Source of the DNA: Microcystis aeruginosa NIES-843
GTDB taxonomy: Bacteria > Cyanobacteriota > Cyanobacteriia > Cyanobacteriales > Microcystaceae
Direction: 5' to 3'
Assembly (NCBI RefSeq): GCF_000010625.1
Contig: NC_010296.1
Coordinates: forward strand, 3,690,001-3,722,000
Length of the DNA stretch: 32,000 bases
Position 1 is the stretch's first letter. Each line of letters starts with the position of its first letter. The position numbers were made by a program, and so were the translations under genes. Positions 1 through 8,805 of the stretch are shown here, piece by piece. The notes under the pieces were generated by a model. That model saw only the letters and a list, made by a program, of their open reading frames with translations, was not told the DNA's origin and made no database searches.

Positions 1-1854
1 CTGTGCTTTAATTAAATCCATCTCCGTATCCGGAAGCGGACCATCATCGCGAATTGAACCGGCCAAACTGAAGGGGACATTATTCTTGACGCATTCATAC
101 ATTACGCCTTTTGTCAATACCCCGGCCGATACAGCTTTGGCGATGCTGCCGTGGCGACGGATGAGGTTGATAATCTTGAGGTGGTGACGATGGCCACCGC
201 GCACGGGGATGCCTTTCTGCATATCTACCCCTAAAGAAGTACCCATGATCGCCTGTTCCATGTCGTGAACTGCGATCGCATTTCCCCCCAGTAAAGCGTG
301 AACGTAACCATCGCGGATTAAACGGGAGAGATGTTGCGCTCCTCCAGTGTGAATGACCACCGGACCTGCCGTTACTGCGACTTTACCGCCCTGGTCGCGA
401 ATTTTACGCATTTCCCAGGCAATCTGCTCCACGGTTAACTCGACTCGGCGCTCGCTGGAAACCCCCGCACCCATAAAGGTAAATTCCTGGGTGCTGTTGC
501 GTTGTTCCCTGGATTCCGCCTGTCGGATAGTACGGATGCCCTCAACTCCCACCATAACGCGATCGCCAGCTTTTAAATCCCGCAGCAGAGTACATTTTGC
601 CGTTTTGCCTTCCGGACTTTCAGTGACGACGATGGCTGCATCCATGCGTTGATTTTCCACCCGCACCCATTCACAGCTAACCCGCACTTCCGTGGGATAG
701 ATGGTGCTGACATAAAAATCATCGGGAGCGACCCCATCTTGTGCCACCACTGCGGTATTGACATCACAGATTTCTTGGGGACGAGCGGCCGCACCGAGGT
801 CGATCAATTGTACCATGATCTCCTCCATTACCTCGTGAGAGGGTGCAGAAACGCGCACTTCGGCCGAGGAGGTACTTTGGCGCTCAATCCCTAAGGTGAA
901 GTTTAAAACCTTGAAGCTGCCCCCATTTCCCACCACAACATCGAGAGCTTTATTCATAATTCCCGCGTCGAGCAGATGACCTTCTAGCTGGAGAATGCGA
1001 CTTTCAATGGTGACATTTGCGTGATGGTCTGGAATTAAGGGTTCGGTGGTACGCAGGGTTAAACATTTAGCGGCTCCTCCTGCTTTTAAGAACTCCGTCA
1101 GGGGAGTTTGTACCACTTCAAACCCTTTTGACACTAACTTATATTGTAAATCGTCACTAATTTTATTCATGACGATTACTTGACCGATATTCACAGCATT
1201 ACAAGCAAAGTTAACCGCATCGGCTTCTTCAACGATAATGCGTTTTTCTTCGGGAATTTTTAACTCAATTAACCGATTAGAATAGGCATCAAAAGCATCG
1301 GGATAGTAGAGGAGATAACCGCCACTAAGGGGACAAAAACAGGTATCAAGGTGATAGAAACGTTCATCGATTAAACGTAGGGATAAAACCTCTATATCGA
1401 GCCATTTAGCGATTAAAGGGTGGGAATCTAACTCAGTTCTGAAGCCATATCCTGCCCATAACCAACGTCCTTCCCGATCTAATAATGCGTCTCCTGCACC
1501 TTCAAAGGGTAAATCTTTGGGCAGTTCGTGAACCGTAAAACCGTTATCTTCAAACCACTGCTTAAAATAGGGTTCTTCTCCCTGTCTTTCTTTGTGTAAA
1601 AAGCGACTGAGAACGACTATTTTTTCCAGAACTAAACCTGCATTAGCGGTAAAAACCATGTCGGGCCAGCCTTTTTCTGGTGGGACTAAATCCACGAGCG
1701 CCCGATCTTTGAGAACATGATAAAGCTGCTGCCATTGTTGCCTAGCTTTTTCCTGGGAAGATTTGTGAATGTTGCCCTCCATCCAGGGATTAATCACATA
1801 ATCCACATCGTAATGATCGGGAGAACACATCAAAAAGCGAATAGTTTCAGTCAT
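1..1854 (-). CDS. argZ: ArgZ/AgrE-like arginine dihydrolase (guanidino-group-modifying N-terminal domain fused to a LOR/SDH-type C-terminal domain); the 3' end lies beyond the left edge
   Basis: Absent from the ORF track because it has no stop in the window. Hand translation from the ATG at 1854..1852 (minus) gives MTETIRFLMCSPDHYDVDYVINPWMEGNIHKSSQEKARQQWQQLYHVL...LPFEGAGDALL. The same frame is still open at position 1 (...VPFSLAGSIRDDGPLPDTEMDLIKAQ). Family assignment rests on recalled similarity to Sll1336-type proteins. Confidence 0.7.
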   Translation of the reverse strand, partial: MTETIRFLMCSPDHYDVDYVINPWMEGNIHKSSQEKARQQWQQLYHVLKDRALVDLVPPEKGWPDMVFTANAGLVLEKIVVLSRFLHKERQGEEPYFKQWFEDNGFTVHELPKDLPFEGAGDALLDREGRWLWAGYGFRTELDSHPLIAKWLDIEVLSLRLIDERFYHLDTCFCPLSGGYLLYYPDAFDAYSNRLIELKIPEEKRIIVEEADAVNFACNAVNIGQVIVMNKISDDLQYKLVSKGFEVVQTPLTEFLKAGGAAKCLTLRTTEPLIPDHHANVTIESRILQLEGHLLDAGIMNKALDVVVGNGGSFKVLNFTLGIERQSTSSAEVRVSAPSHEVMEEIMVQLIDLGAAARPQEICDVNTAVVAQDGVAPDDFYVSTIYPTEVRVSCEWVRVENQRMDAAIVVTESPEGKTAKCTLLRDLKAGDRVMVGVEGIRTIRQAESREQRNSTQEFTFMGAGVSSERRVELTVEQIAWEMRKIRDQGGKVAVTAGPVVIHTGGAQHLSRLIRDGYVHALLGGNAIAVHDMEQAIMGTSLGVDMQKGIPVRGGHRHHLKIINLIRRHGSIAKAVSAGVLTKGVMYECVKNNVPFSLAGSIRDDGPLPDTEMDLIKAQ

Positions 1855-2433
1855 ATTTTTTGACAATGAATATTCAGTATAAGTAGTCTGGAGATAAGTT
1901 TAGACCAATCTTCCATTATACTCTACTTTGCCCCGAAATATCACTAGGTCTAAGATTAGGACAATTCCCGCTCTACAAGCTAAAAACAGCCTTATTTTAG
2001 CCGATAACTGACGGCTAGGAGCTTAAATTATTGTAAATCCTGATATTTAAATAACCCCATAAATTTCGATTTGCGTCCGTGTTCCTTAATTAAACTTTCC
2101 CGATAAGTTTGCCATTCTTCCCGTCTTCCCGACATATAAAAGGCATTACGAGCTTTTTTTAGCCATTTAATCGCTTCTTCGTAGCGATCAGCCTTTTTTT
2201 CGTCGAGTATCTTTTCCGCAGGAGGACACGCGCGCTCGATCACCCAGTTAGGATCGACGGTAGCAGCCGCATCCATTATCCGCCAAATTAGGTGAGACTG
2301 CACATAGGAATTATCAGAAACGACTTTAATTGCATCTCTAACTAAATTTTCGTGGAGAAATATATCAATTTTAGCCTCTAGGGAACGTCCACCGCTAAAC
2401 TCGCGCAAGTAATCTAACAAGTCTAATTTTAAA

Positions 2434-2620
2434 GGTTCTTCGTTACTTGGTATGGTTCGATAGGGGGTCATAAATCGACTAAATCCTTATCTGGTAAGAG
2501 ACTTAATTGATTAGTTCGCTCTAGATCAAAAATAATTGACAAAAATCGCTAAATGCCTTTCTATATAAGGGTTCCATCCCTTATAACCCCCGTCCATTGC
2601 ATAACAATTACCGAAGAGCC
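2434..2620. mobile_element. 187-bp MITE with ISL3-type termini, copy 1
   Basis: Starts GGTTCTTCGTTACTTGGTATGG and ends CCATTGCATAACAATTACCGAAGAGCC. Flanked by a perfect 8-bp direct duplication ATTTTAAA (2426..2433 and 2621..2628). Identical by eye over all 187 bp to 26044..26230. Confidence 0.9.
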
Positions 2621-2707
2621 ATTTTAAATCGGGCCAATCTTCCCCCGCTAAAGACTCAATTTTTTGGTAATGGGAAAAGGAAGGTTGGTCTTGAAATGCC
2701 TTAATTC

Positions 2708-4129
2708 GGCTCTTCGGGAATTGTTATGCAAATAATTAACTTAAAATAAAATTCGATGAGAGCGCCTACGCTCAAAAGTAGCTGAAATCCATACAGGGAA
2801 GGACTTAAGGCACAAACAGGTTAATACCAAAAGATAGACAATTGAGTTAAGATTTGATATAATAGCCAAAAACGAGATTATTTTACTTATGATACTTGAC
2901 AAATTTTTGAACCTAAAAGGAACCTGTATTCAAGGCTATCTACACCTAGAAAATATCGGTATAGTTTGCCGAATCGAATCGAAAAATCAAAAAGCAACCT
3001 GTCCTCGTTGTGGGTTAGAGAGCGATAAACTCCACCAAAATCATCGACATTTAGTCAAAGATTTACCAATCTCAGGTCAACCAGTATACCTACAAATTAA
3101 TCGTCGTCAATTTAAGTGCGATAATTGTCAGAGACCCTTTAGCGAAGAGTTAGATTTTGTCGCCAAGAAACGAACCTATACGAAAAGACTAGCCGCAAAT
3201 ATACTCGAACAATTAAAAGAAGGAGATATTTTAAATGTTAGTCGAATAAATGACGTAACGGAAGAAGAGATTCAAAGAATGATAGAGGACATCGCCGAAG
3301 AAATTACAGAGCCAGACCTATCGGAATTAAAAAGACTAGGAATTGATGAAATCGCTCTAGTCAAAGGACAAAAAAATTACTGTGCGGTTTTAGTAAATTT
3401 AGATACGGGAAAACTAATAGCTATTCTAGAGAAGCGAACACAAGAAGAGTTGAGAGAAACGCTTACGGGCTGGGGAAAAGAGGTGTTAGAGCAAATTGAA
3501 GAAGTGAGCATAGACCTTTGGTTGCCTTATAAAAATTTGGTGAAAGAATTGATGCCATCGGCCGAAGTAGTCGCCGATAGATTCCATGTAATGAAACAAA
3601 TTAATCAAGAGTTAGACGAACAGAGAAGAGCGGAAAAAAGAGCCGTAGAAGCGCAGAAAAATAAAAAACAGAAAGCGGAAAAAGAAGCGAAGCTAGAAGT
3701 TTTAAAGCGAAGTAAATATAGCCTGTTAAAAAATGAAGAAGATTTAACGGAACCCCAAAAAATTAAACTAGAAGCTATCAAAGAAAAATTCCCAAATTTG
3801 AAAAAGATGCAGGAATTAAAGGAAGAATTAAGAACGATTTATGAAACCTCAAAGAATCCGACAGAGGGACTGCTATCCATCTCGGAATGGTTGGCAAAAT
3901 CCTCCAGTGTTTTTACCAAGAGTTGTCAAACAATCCGAAACTGGTTTGGAGAAATCATTAGTTATTTTGAGCGAAGGACAACGAATGGGGTGGTCGAGGG
4001 AATCAACAATAAACTTAAACTAATAAAACGGAGAGGCTATGGCTTTAGAAACTTTCGGAATTTTTGGGTTAGAAGTATGTTATCTTGGCATCTTGTATGT
4101 TGATTTAGCATAAAGGGTAACGAAGAGCC
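2708..4129 (+). mobile_element. ISL3-family insertion sequence (1422 bp)
   Basis: Imperfect TIRs: GGCTCTTCGGGAATTGTTATGCAAAT (left) and GGCTCTTCGTTACCCTTTATGCTAAAT (right end, reverse complement). Perfect 8-bp TSD CTTAATTC (2700..2707 and 4130..4137). One transposase ORF. Confidence 0.9.
2889..4103 (+). CDS. ISL3-family transposase (404 aa, apparently intact)
   Basis: N-terminal zinc-finger pairs CPRCG...CDNC. Motifs LGIDEIALVKGQKNY, VADRFHVMKQ and NGVVEGINNKLKLIKRRGYGFRNFRNF are typical of ISL3 DDE transposases. Confidence 0.9.
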   Translation: MILDKFLNLKGTCIQGYLHLENIGIVCRIESKNQKATCPRCGLESDKLHQNHRHLVKDLPISGQPVYLQINRRQFKCDNCQRPFSEELDFVAKKRTYTKRLAANILEQLKEGDILNVSRINDVTEEEIQRMIEDIAEEITEPDLSELKRLGIDEIALVKGQKNYCAVLVNLDTGKLIAILEKRTQEELRETLTGWGKEVLEQIEEVSIDLWLPYKNLVKELMPSAEVVADRFHVMKQINQELDEQRRAEKRAVEAQKNKKQKAEKEAKLEVLKRSKYSLLKNEEDLTEPQKIKLEAIKEKFPNLKKMQELKEELRTIYETSKNPTEGLLSISEWLAKSSSVFTKSCQTIRNWFGEIISYFERRTTNGVVEGINNKLKLIKRRGYGFRNFRNFWVRSMLSWHLVC

Positions 4130-5552
4130 CTTAATTCTAGCAGCCAAAGCTATATCTATATCCCCTAAAGATTGCGCTAGTTCACTTGTCCAGAGAGCTA
4201 ATTGATAATAATAATTACCTGGGAAATTTAGACCAGTTCGAGCAATTATGAGAGCGGATTCTGGTGCGGATTCATCGCGTAAAGCTTTGGCAAAAAAGAA
4301 GGCTTCATCGTTTTTAGTTATCATGTTTTTTGATGCTGCCATCGCTTCATCAATGCGAGCAAGATAGACTAACTTAGTTAGGTATTCTACCACTTGTCCT
4401 GAAGCTAAAGCTAGATTCAAATACTCCTGATCTTTTTCCTGTTTCTCGAAAATTTCTAAGCGAATAGAAGTTAATGTTTGGGCATAATCGGGGATATTAT
4501 CTGACCACATTTCTGAAAAATTAGCCGATTCTCCCCGTAAAATCTTCTCTAAAACTGCATCGTCCCATCCCTGTTGTAAGGCCGCTAAACTCATCTCAAA
4601 ATCGGCACTCCATTCATGCTGCCATTGCTCGATTTTTTCCCTTAAATCTTGCTTTTCTTGGGGATTAAATTCTTTACTTAAAATTGCCCCAGTTAAAACT
4701 CGATCGATTCTGGCACTTAAATCATCATTGACAGCACCGTAATCTTCTAAATTATCCCATTCCTCGATACAGGCGCTAATAATTGCTTCTAAAATAGCGA
4801 TCGCATTATCCGGTTCTCCCTTTTGATAATAATCTTGGGACTCATCCACTAGGGCATAAATTTCATTAGAAATTGGATCTTCTTCGTAGTAATCTTCTTT
4901 GATCGCTCGCAGGGATTGCCGCAGTTCATTACGGACAGTATTACGATAAGCTTTGACATTAATAGTTATCTTCCCTGCCGCTTTATTAACTGGGGTAGCT
5001 GGCAATAAAAACTTATCAATTGTCTCGATAATTTCTGGGTGTTTAGCCACTAAATGATTAAGTAATTTTCTTAATTTACTTTCATCGATTGGTGTCAATA
5101 ACTCCTCTAGGGAGGCTTTTTTAATAATTAATTCTGGTTGACGAGAACAGGTTAATAAAACCGCTACAATATGCTTACACCAACCTTCGTAATCGTAGGG
5201 ACAGTAACAGGAGACATTTTCAAGGTTTTCTTGGTTAAAATCTATGGAAACTCGATAGGGTTTAACCTCACTACCACTCACTAAAGCTTGCAGGTTTTGC
5301 CCCCGTTGCCAAAGAGAAATAACTGCACCGCTATCGTAATAATATTGACCGCGCTGATAGGAAGCATTGGTGCTATTTTGCTGGATAATTTTTTCATTGA
5401 TAGGAGGAATAGTCATAGTCAGAAAAGGAGAGGATTGGGTGATAAAATCTTGTCTGTGTCAAGAAAACTGCCAGCACCGAGACAGACCACTGCATCAGCA
5501 ACCGAGTCAACTTATCTTCAGTTTAGCCTAAATGTGCTATAGTAAAGACAGT

Positions 5553-5813
5553 ATGGAAATTAAAAACATTCCTCTGTCCCAAATTCGTCGTCCTTTACCG
5601 CGACAAACCGATCCCGAAAAAGTTAATCAGTTGATGCAATCGATCGCTGAGGAGGGATTACGAGAACCGATCGATGTTTTGGAGGTGGATGGTAACTACT
5701 ACGGTTTTTCCGGTTGCCATCGCTTTGCCGCTCATCAGCGTCTCGGTAAAGAAACAATTCTCTGTCGAGTTCGTCGCGCCCCTAAATCCGTTTTAGCTAA
5801 ACACATCGCTTAA
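5553..5813 (+). CDS. srxA: Sulfiredoxin (ParB/Srx fold)
   Basis: REPIDVLEVDGNYYGFSGCHRFAAHQRLG contains the F-[GS]-G-C-H-R sulfiredoxin active-site motif. The track start at 5532 is possible, but the MEIKNIPL start at 5553 fits the usual length. Confidence 0.75.
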   Translation: MEIKNIPLSQIRRPLPRQTDPEKVNQLMQSIAEEGLREPIDVLEVDGNYYGFSGCHRFAAHQRLGKETILCRVRRAPKSVLAKHIA

Positions 5814-5826
5814 GCTGAGAAGTCCC

Positions 5827-6519
5827 ATGAATGAGTCCTTATATAAATATCATCGGCAAAAATTAGAGCAGTTAATGGCAGAAATTGGCTGTAAAAATCT
5901 GGAAGAATTGAGTCGGTTATCGGGTCTATCTTCTTGGCAATTGCAGAGAGTTCGCCATGGTTTAATCGCCAAATTATCCTCTGAATCTTTGGTGAAATTA
6001 GCTAATGCGCTGCAGCTGCCAGTTAGCGATCTTCTCGCTCATTTTCAAATCCCGACGATGGGGACAGAGGATCGTTCAGGGGAATCAAAAATTCTCGAAC
6101 AAGAGTATCAAAATTTACAGCAAAAATTAGACAAGCAAAAAGAAGAATTAGCCGCAGAATTTCAACGTCAAAGCATCGAAGCGATCGAATCTTGGTTAGT
6201 TCAATGGCCCACGGCCGAGGCCGTTGCCCGCAAAAATCCCGACCTAGCAGCCGTCAAAATCCTCTCCCTAGTTAAACCGATTATGCAGTTACTGGAGCGC
6301 TGGGGAGTGCAACCAATTGACAGTGTCGGTGATCATGTGAGTTATGATCCGCAAATCCATCAATTGATCGATGGTCAAGCAGCAATCGGTACACCCGTTC
6401 TAGTGCGTTATCGGGGCTATCGTCATGGGGAAAAACTACTTTATCGTGCTAGAGTGAGTTTAATTAAAGTAGAAATGCCGGAAATTCAACCAGTAGAAAC
6501 AGAAAATGTCACCGCTTAA
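5827..6519 (+). CDS. Helix-turn-helix protein with a coiled-coil middle and a GrpE-like C-terminal region (function tentative)
   Basis: 230-aa ORF starting 14 nt after srxA. N-terminus has an HTH-like segment (LEELSRLSGLSSWQLQRVRHGL). The centre is Q/E-rich and heptad-like. The C-terminus (GDHVSYDPQIHQLI...GTPVLVRYRGYRHGEKLLYRARV) resembles the GrpE beta-domain pattern. Confidence 0.5.
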   Translation: MNESLYKYHRQKLEQLMAEIGCKNLEELSRLSGLSSWQLQRVRHGLIAKLSSESLVKLANALQLPVSDLLAHFQIPTMGTEDRSGESKILEQEYQNLQQKLDKQKEELAAEFQRQSIEAIESWLVQWPTAEAVARKNPDLAAVKILSLVKPIMQLLERWGVQPIDSVGDHVSYDPQIHQLIDGQAAIGTPVLVRYRGYRHGEKLLYRARVSLIKVEMPEIQPVETENVTA

Positions 6520-6881
6520 AGTGATAATTCTTCCAGAGCTTTAGTGCTGTGAAAAATTCCCCCGTGGTCTGCTTTTATCGAAAAAATCGGGTCTAAAACC
6601 TCGCCTTAAGACGAAAAGTTTTTGGAGCGGGACATAAATCCCCATTACAAAACTAATGGCGGCTTGATAACCGCCCCCTGAACGGTTAAAATGAGATTAT
6701 GAGTGATTCGGAGAAAAAAATATGTCAACGCCCTACGATGACTGTTTTGACCACATTACTGATCGTCCAACGAAATTCTGTTCGCCAGCAATGGTTACAG
6801 ATGGTTTGCGGAGGTTTATTTGTTGCCGATGTTAGGATACTACTATTAGCGACGCTTAAGCGAAACCCAACCGCACTAAAC

Positions 6882-6970
6882 CTCACATTTTAGCATATAT
6901 TTCGTAAATGTGCTAATATTTAACAGTAAAGCCGTCGTTCTACGACGGGGTTTCAGACCCAAAATTTTCG
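6882..6970 (-). repeat. Solo copy of the left-end (LE) segment of the TnpB element, copy 1
   Basis: About 95 percent identical to 19124..19211: CTCACATT.TAGCATATATTTCGTAAATGT.CTAATATTTAACAGTAAAGCCGTCGT...ACGACGGGGTTTCAGACCCAAA(A)TTTTCG. Includes the 7-bp-stem hairpin. Abuts ATGAA at 6971. Confidence 0.8.
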
Positions 6971-7207
6971 ATGAAAGCAACGATCCGAAACGTTAAAATT
7001 AGCGAAATCCCCACAGCGATCGAGCAGTTAGGTTTGTCCGCTCATGCGTGTGTCGATTTCACAATCGAGAATCATGAGATGACGGGAAACGAACAGGAGG
7101 AAACCACCCAAGCCTTGATGGAAGTGGTGAATGAAATTCGTGCTTATGCCAAGAGTCAGGGATTGACTGATGAGAAGTTGGAAGAGCTTTTAGTAGATGA
7201 ATCGTGA
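6971..7207 (+). CDS. Putative antitoxin partner of the downstream PIN toxin (78 aa, acidic C-terminus)
   Basis: Small ORF overlapping the PIN gene by 11 nt (7197..7207), the usual type II TA arrangement. No family recognised. Confidence 0.55.
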   Translation: MKATIRNVKISEIPTAIEQLGLSAHACVDFTIENHEMTGNEQEETTQALMEVVNEIRAYAKSQGLTDEKLEELLVDES

Positions 7208-7613
7208 ACCCATTGTTATCGATACGAACGTCTTTATAAGCTTCGCCTTAAGCAGTACGACAACACCAGCTTTGGCTGTAGAATACGCGATTAATAACTT
7301 TATTATTCTGCAAAGTCCCGCAACCATAGGCGAGTTGGTCACAAAACTTCTTCTCCCAAAGTTCGAGAGGTACATTACACTGGAGCAGCGCCGACAACTG
7401 CTAGTAAGAATTTTGGAAATTTCGCTGCTGATTAGACCTACTGACCACACTGAAATTTGCCGAGATCGAGACGATAATAAATTCCTAAATCTGGCAACCA
7501 GTGGGGAAGCACGCTATCTCATTACTGGTGACAATGATTTGCTTATACTGCAACGCTATGGGAAAACAGAGATCGTTACACCAAGGGAATTTTTAAAAAT
7601 TGTTCGGCGGTGA
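7197..7613 (+). CDS. PIN-domain toxin (PIN_3 / TIGR00305-like)
   Basis: N-terminal IVIDTNVFISF and C-terminal RDRDDNKFLNLATSGEARYLITGDNDLL supply the conserved acidic PIN residues. Confidence 0.8.
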   Translation: MNREPIVIDTNVFISFALSSTTTPALAVEYAINNFIILQSPATIGELVTKLLLPKFERYITLEQRRQLLVRILEISLLIRPTDHTEICRDRDDNKFLNLATSGEARYLITGDNDLLILQRYGKTEIVTPREFLKIVRR

Positions 7614-7728
7614 AGTACAAAAAATCCAGTTTGAGTGAGATGATCGAAAGAACAACATCGATATGGAAAAACACGGGATAGACTTTAATTTTGCCAAGAC
7701 AAGTGACTTAAGCAGTAGGTTGGGTTGA
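7612..7728 (+). pseudogene. BrnT (DUF497)-like toxin remnant
   Basis: Hand translation gives ..KIQFE*DDRKNNIDMEKHGIDFNFAK.. This matches the BrnT N-terminal pattern (xFEWDxxKNxxNxxKHGIxFxxA), with TGA where the Trp codon should be. It is truncated after about 35 codons by hairpin repeats. Confidence 0.35.
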
Positions 7729-7847
7729 GCAATAATAACTTTTGTCTGTCAAATATTAGTGACGCTTGAGCGAAACCCAACCACACCAATGTCGTCAATA
7801 ATGTTGGGTTTCTAACTGGGATTGGTGCGTTACGCTAACGCTAACTT

Positions 7848-8696
7848 TTATCTCATCGGTAAAGATTGCAATCCAAAACAGAGACCTTGACAGACTCGTG
7901 TTAGGAAATTTAAATCCAAAGTAGCGATTGTATCCCGATAACTATGATAATAGGGATTACGCATATTAGCCGTATCTGTCACCATAATTGCCGAATAACC
8001 GCGACTCCAAAAAGGAGAATGATCGCTGCGTCGAGTATCGGGGACGATATAACCTCCAAAAATTACCGGCAACCATTCGCAGGGAGTCTGATTTTCTCTC
8101 ATGACTCGACTGAGAAAATTTAAATCCTTGCGGGTTTTGAGATTGCCAATCAAAGCGATAAAATCCCCAGTGTTGGGGTAAAAATATTCTAGAAAAGCTG
8201 GATATTTTTGAGAATGGGGATTTTTATCACAGTAACCGAGCATTTCTAAGGATAACATTAACCTTAAATCCTGCTTAGTTTGTTTTAATTTTTCCGCGTA
8301 GGCAATGCTCCCCAGTAATCCGTATTCTTCTAGATCGAAGGCAATTAAACGAATTGGATAATTAGCCTGATTCTCCCCAAAAAACCTCGCTAATTCTAAT
8401 AATACCGCTAATCCCGTGGCGTTATCGTCAGCCCCCGGCGACCCCGGCACCGTGTCATAATGAGCGCCAATTAAAATCGGAGGTTTTTGACTGTTGTTAG
8501 GCAAATCCAAGATTAAATTTTCGTAAACTTTTCCCTGAAATGAGAAAAAATGTGATTCAACTTTTCCCCAATTGCCTAACTCTTGCCGCAGGTATTCTCG
8601 CACATAAAAATGTCCTTGACTAGAGAAAAAAGGGTTTCTTTCTCGGACAATTTGTTCTAGGTGTTGGCTTAAGCGATCGCTAAGAAGATCAAACAT
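7848..8696 (-). CDS. M28-family zinc aminopeptidase
   Basis: GAHYDTVPGSPGADDNATGLAVLLELAR and FDLEEYGLLGS metal-ligand motifs. Confidence 0.8.
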   Translation of the reverse strand: MFDLLSDRLSQHLEQIVRERNPFFSSQGHFYVREYLRQELGNWGKVESHFFSFQGKVYENLILDLPNNSQKPPILIGAHYDTVPGSPGADDNATGLAVLLELARFFGENQANYPIRLIAFDLEEYGLLGSIAYAEKLKQTKQDLRLMLSLEMLGYCDKNPHSQKYPAFLEYFYPNTGDFIALIGNLKTRKDLNFLSRVMRENQTPCEWLPVIFGGYIVPDTRRSDHSPFWSRGYSAIMVTDTANMRNPYYHSYRDTIATLDLNFLTRVCQGLCFGLQSLPMR

Positions 8697-8805
8697 TGAT
8701 AGCAGCAGATAATTTAATCAAAAGAGCCAATGGATAGAGAAACTGAGGGAAAAATCGGGGAGAATAATAATTGTTAATTATAAAATATTCTGTGGAGCTA
8801 AAATC

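Larger units (their letters stand above)
2028..5416 (-). pseudogene. SWIM zinc-finger protein gene split into three pieces (5416..4138, 2707..2629, 2433..2028) by an ISL3 element and a MITE
   Basis: The N-terminal piece has the CxC...CxH SWIM motif (VSCYCPYDYEGWCKH). Removing each element plus one TSD copy joins the pieces in frame: ...DIALAAR|IKAFQDQPSFSHYQKIESLAGEDWPD|LKLDLLDYLREF... The rebuilt gene is 1764 nt, or 587 codons plus stop. The last ~30 aa of track ORF 4037..5416 and the first 13 aa of ORF 2028..2471 are read-through into the inserted elements. Confidence 0.85.

Noticed and set aside
353-894. Track ORFs 353..652(+), 573..794(-) and 649..894(+)
   Set aside because: They lie inside the long open minus-strand frame of the ArgZ-like gene and have low-complexity, unrecognisable products.
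4037-4137. C-terminal ~30 aa of ORF 4037..5416 (…IKGSSLPFMLNQHTRCQDNILLTQKFRKFLKP)
   Set aside because: It is read-through into the ISL3 right end and its TSD. The true continuation of the SWIM gene is at 2707.
6699-6893. Track ORF 6699..6893(+), 64 aa
   Set aside because: It runs through dispersed repeats and the LE fragment, and its product has no coding-like features. The overlapping 37-codon ORF in another frame is reported separately at low interest.
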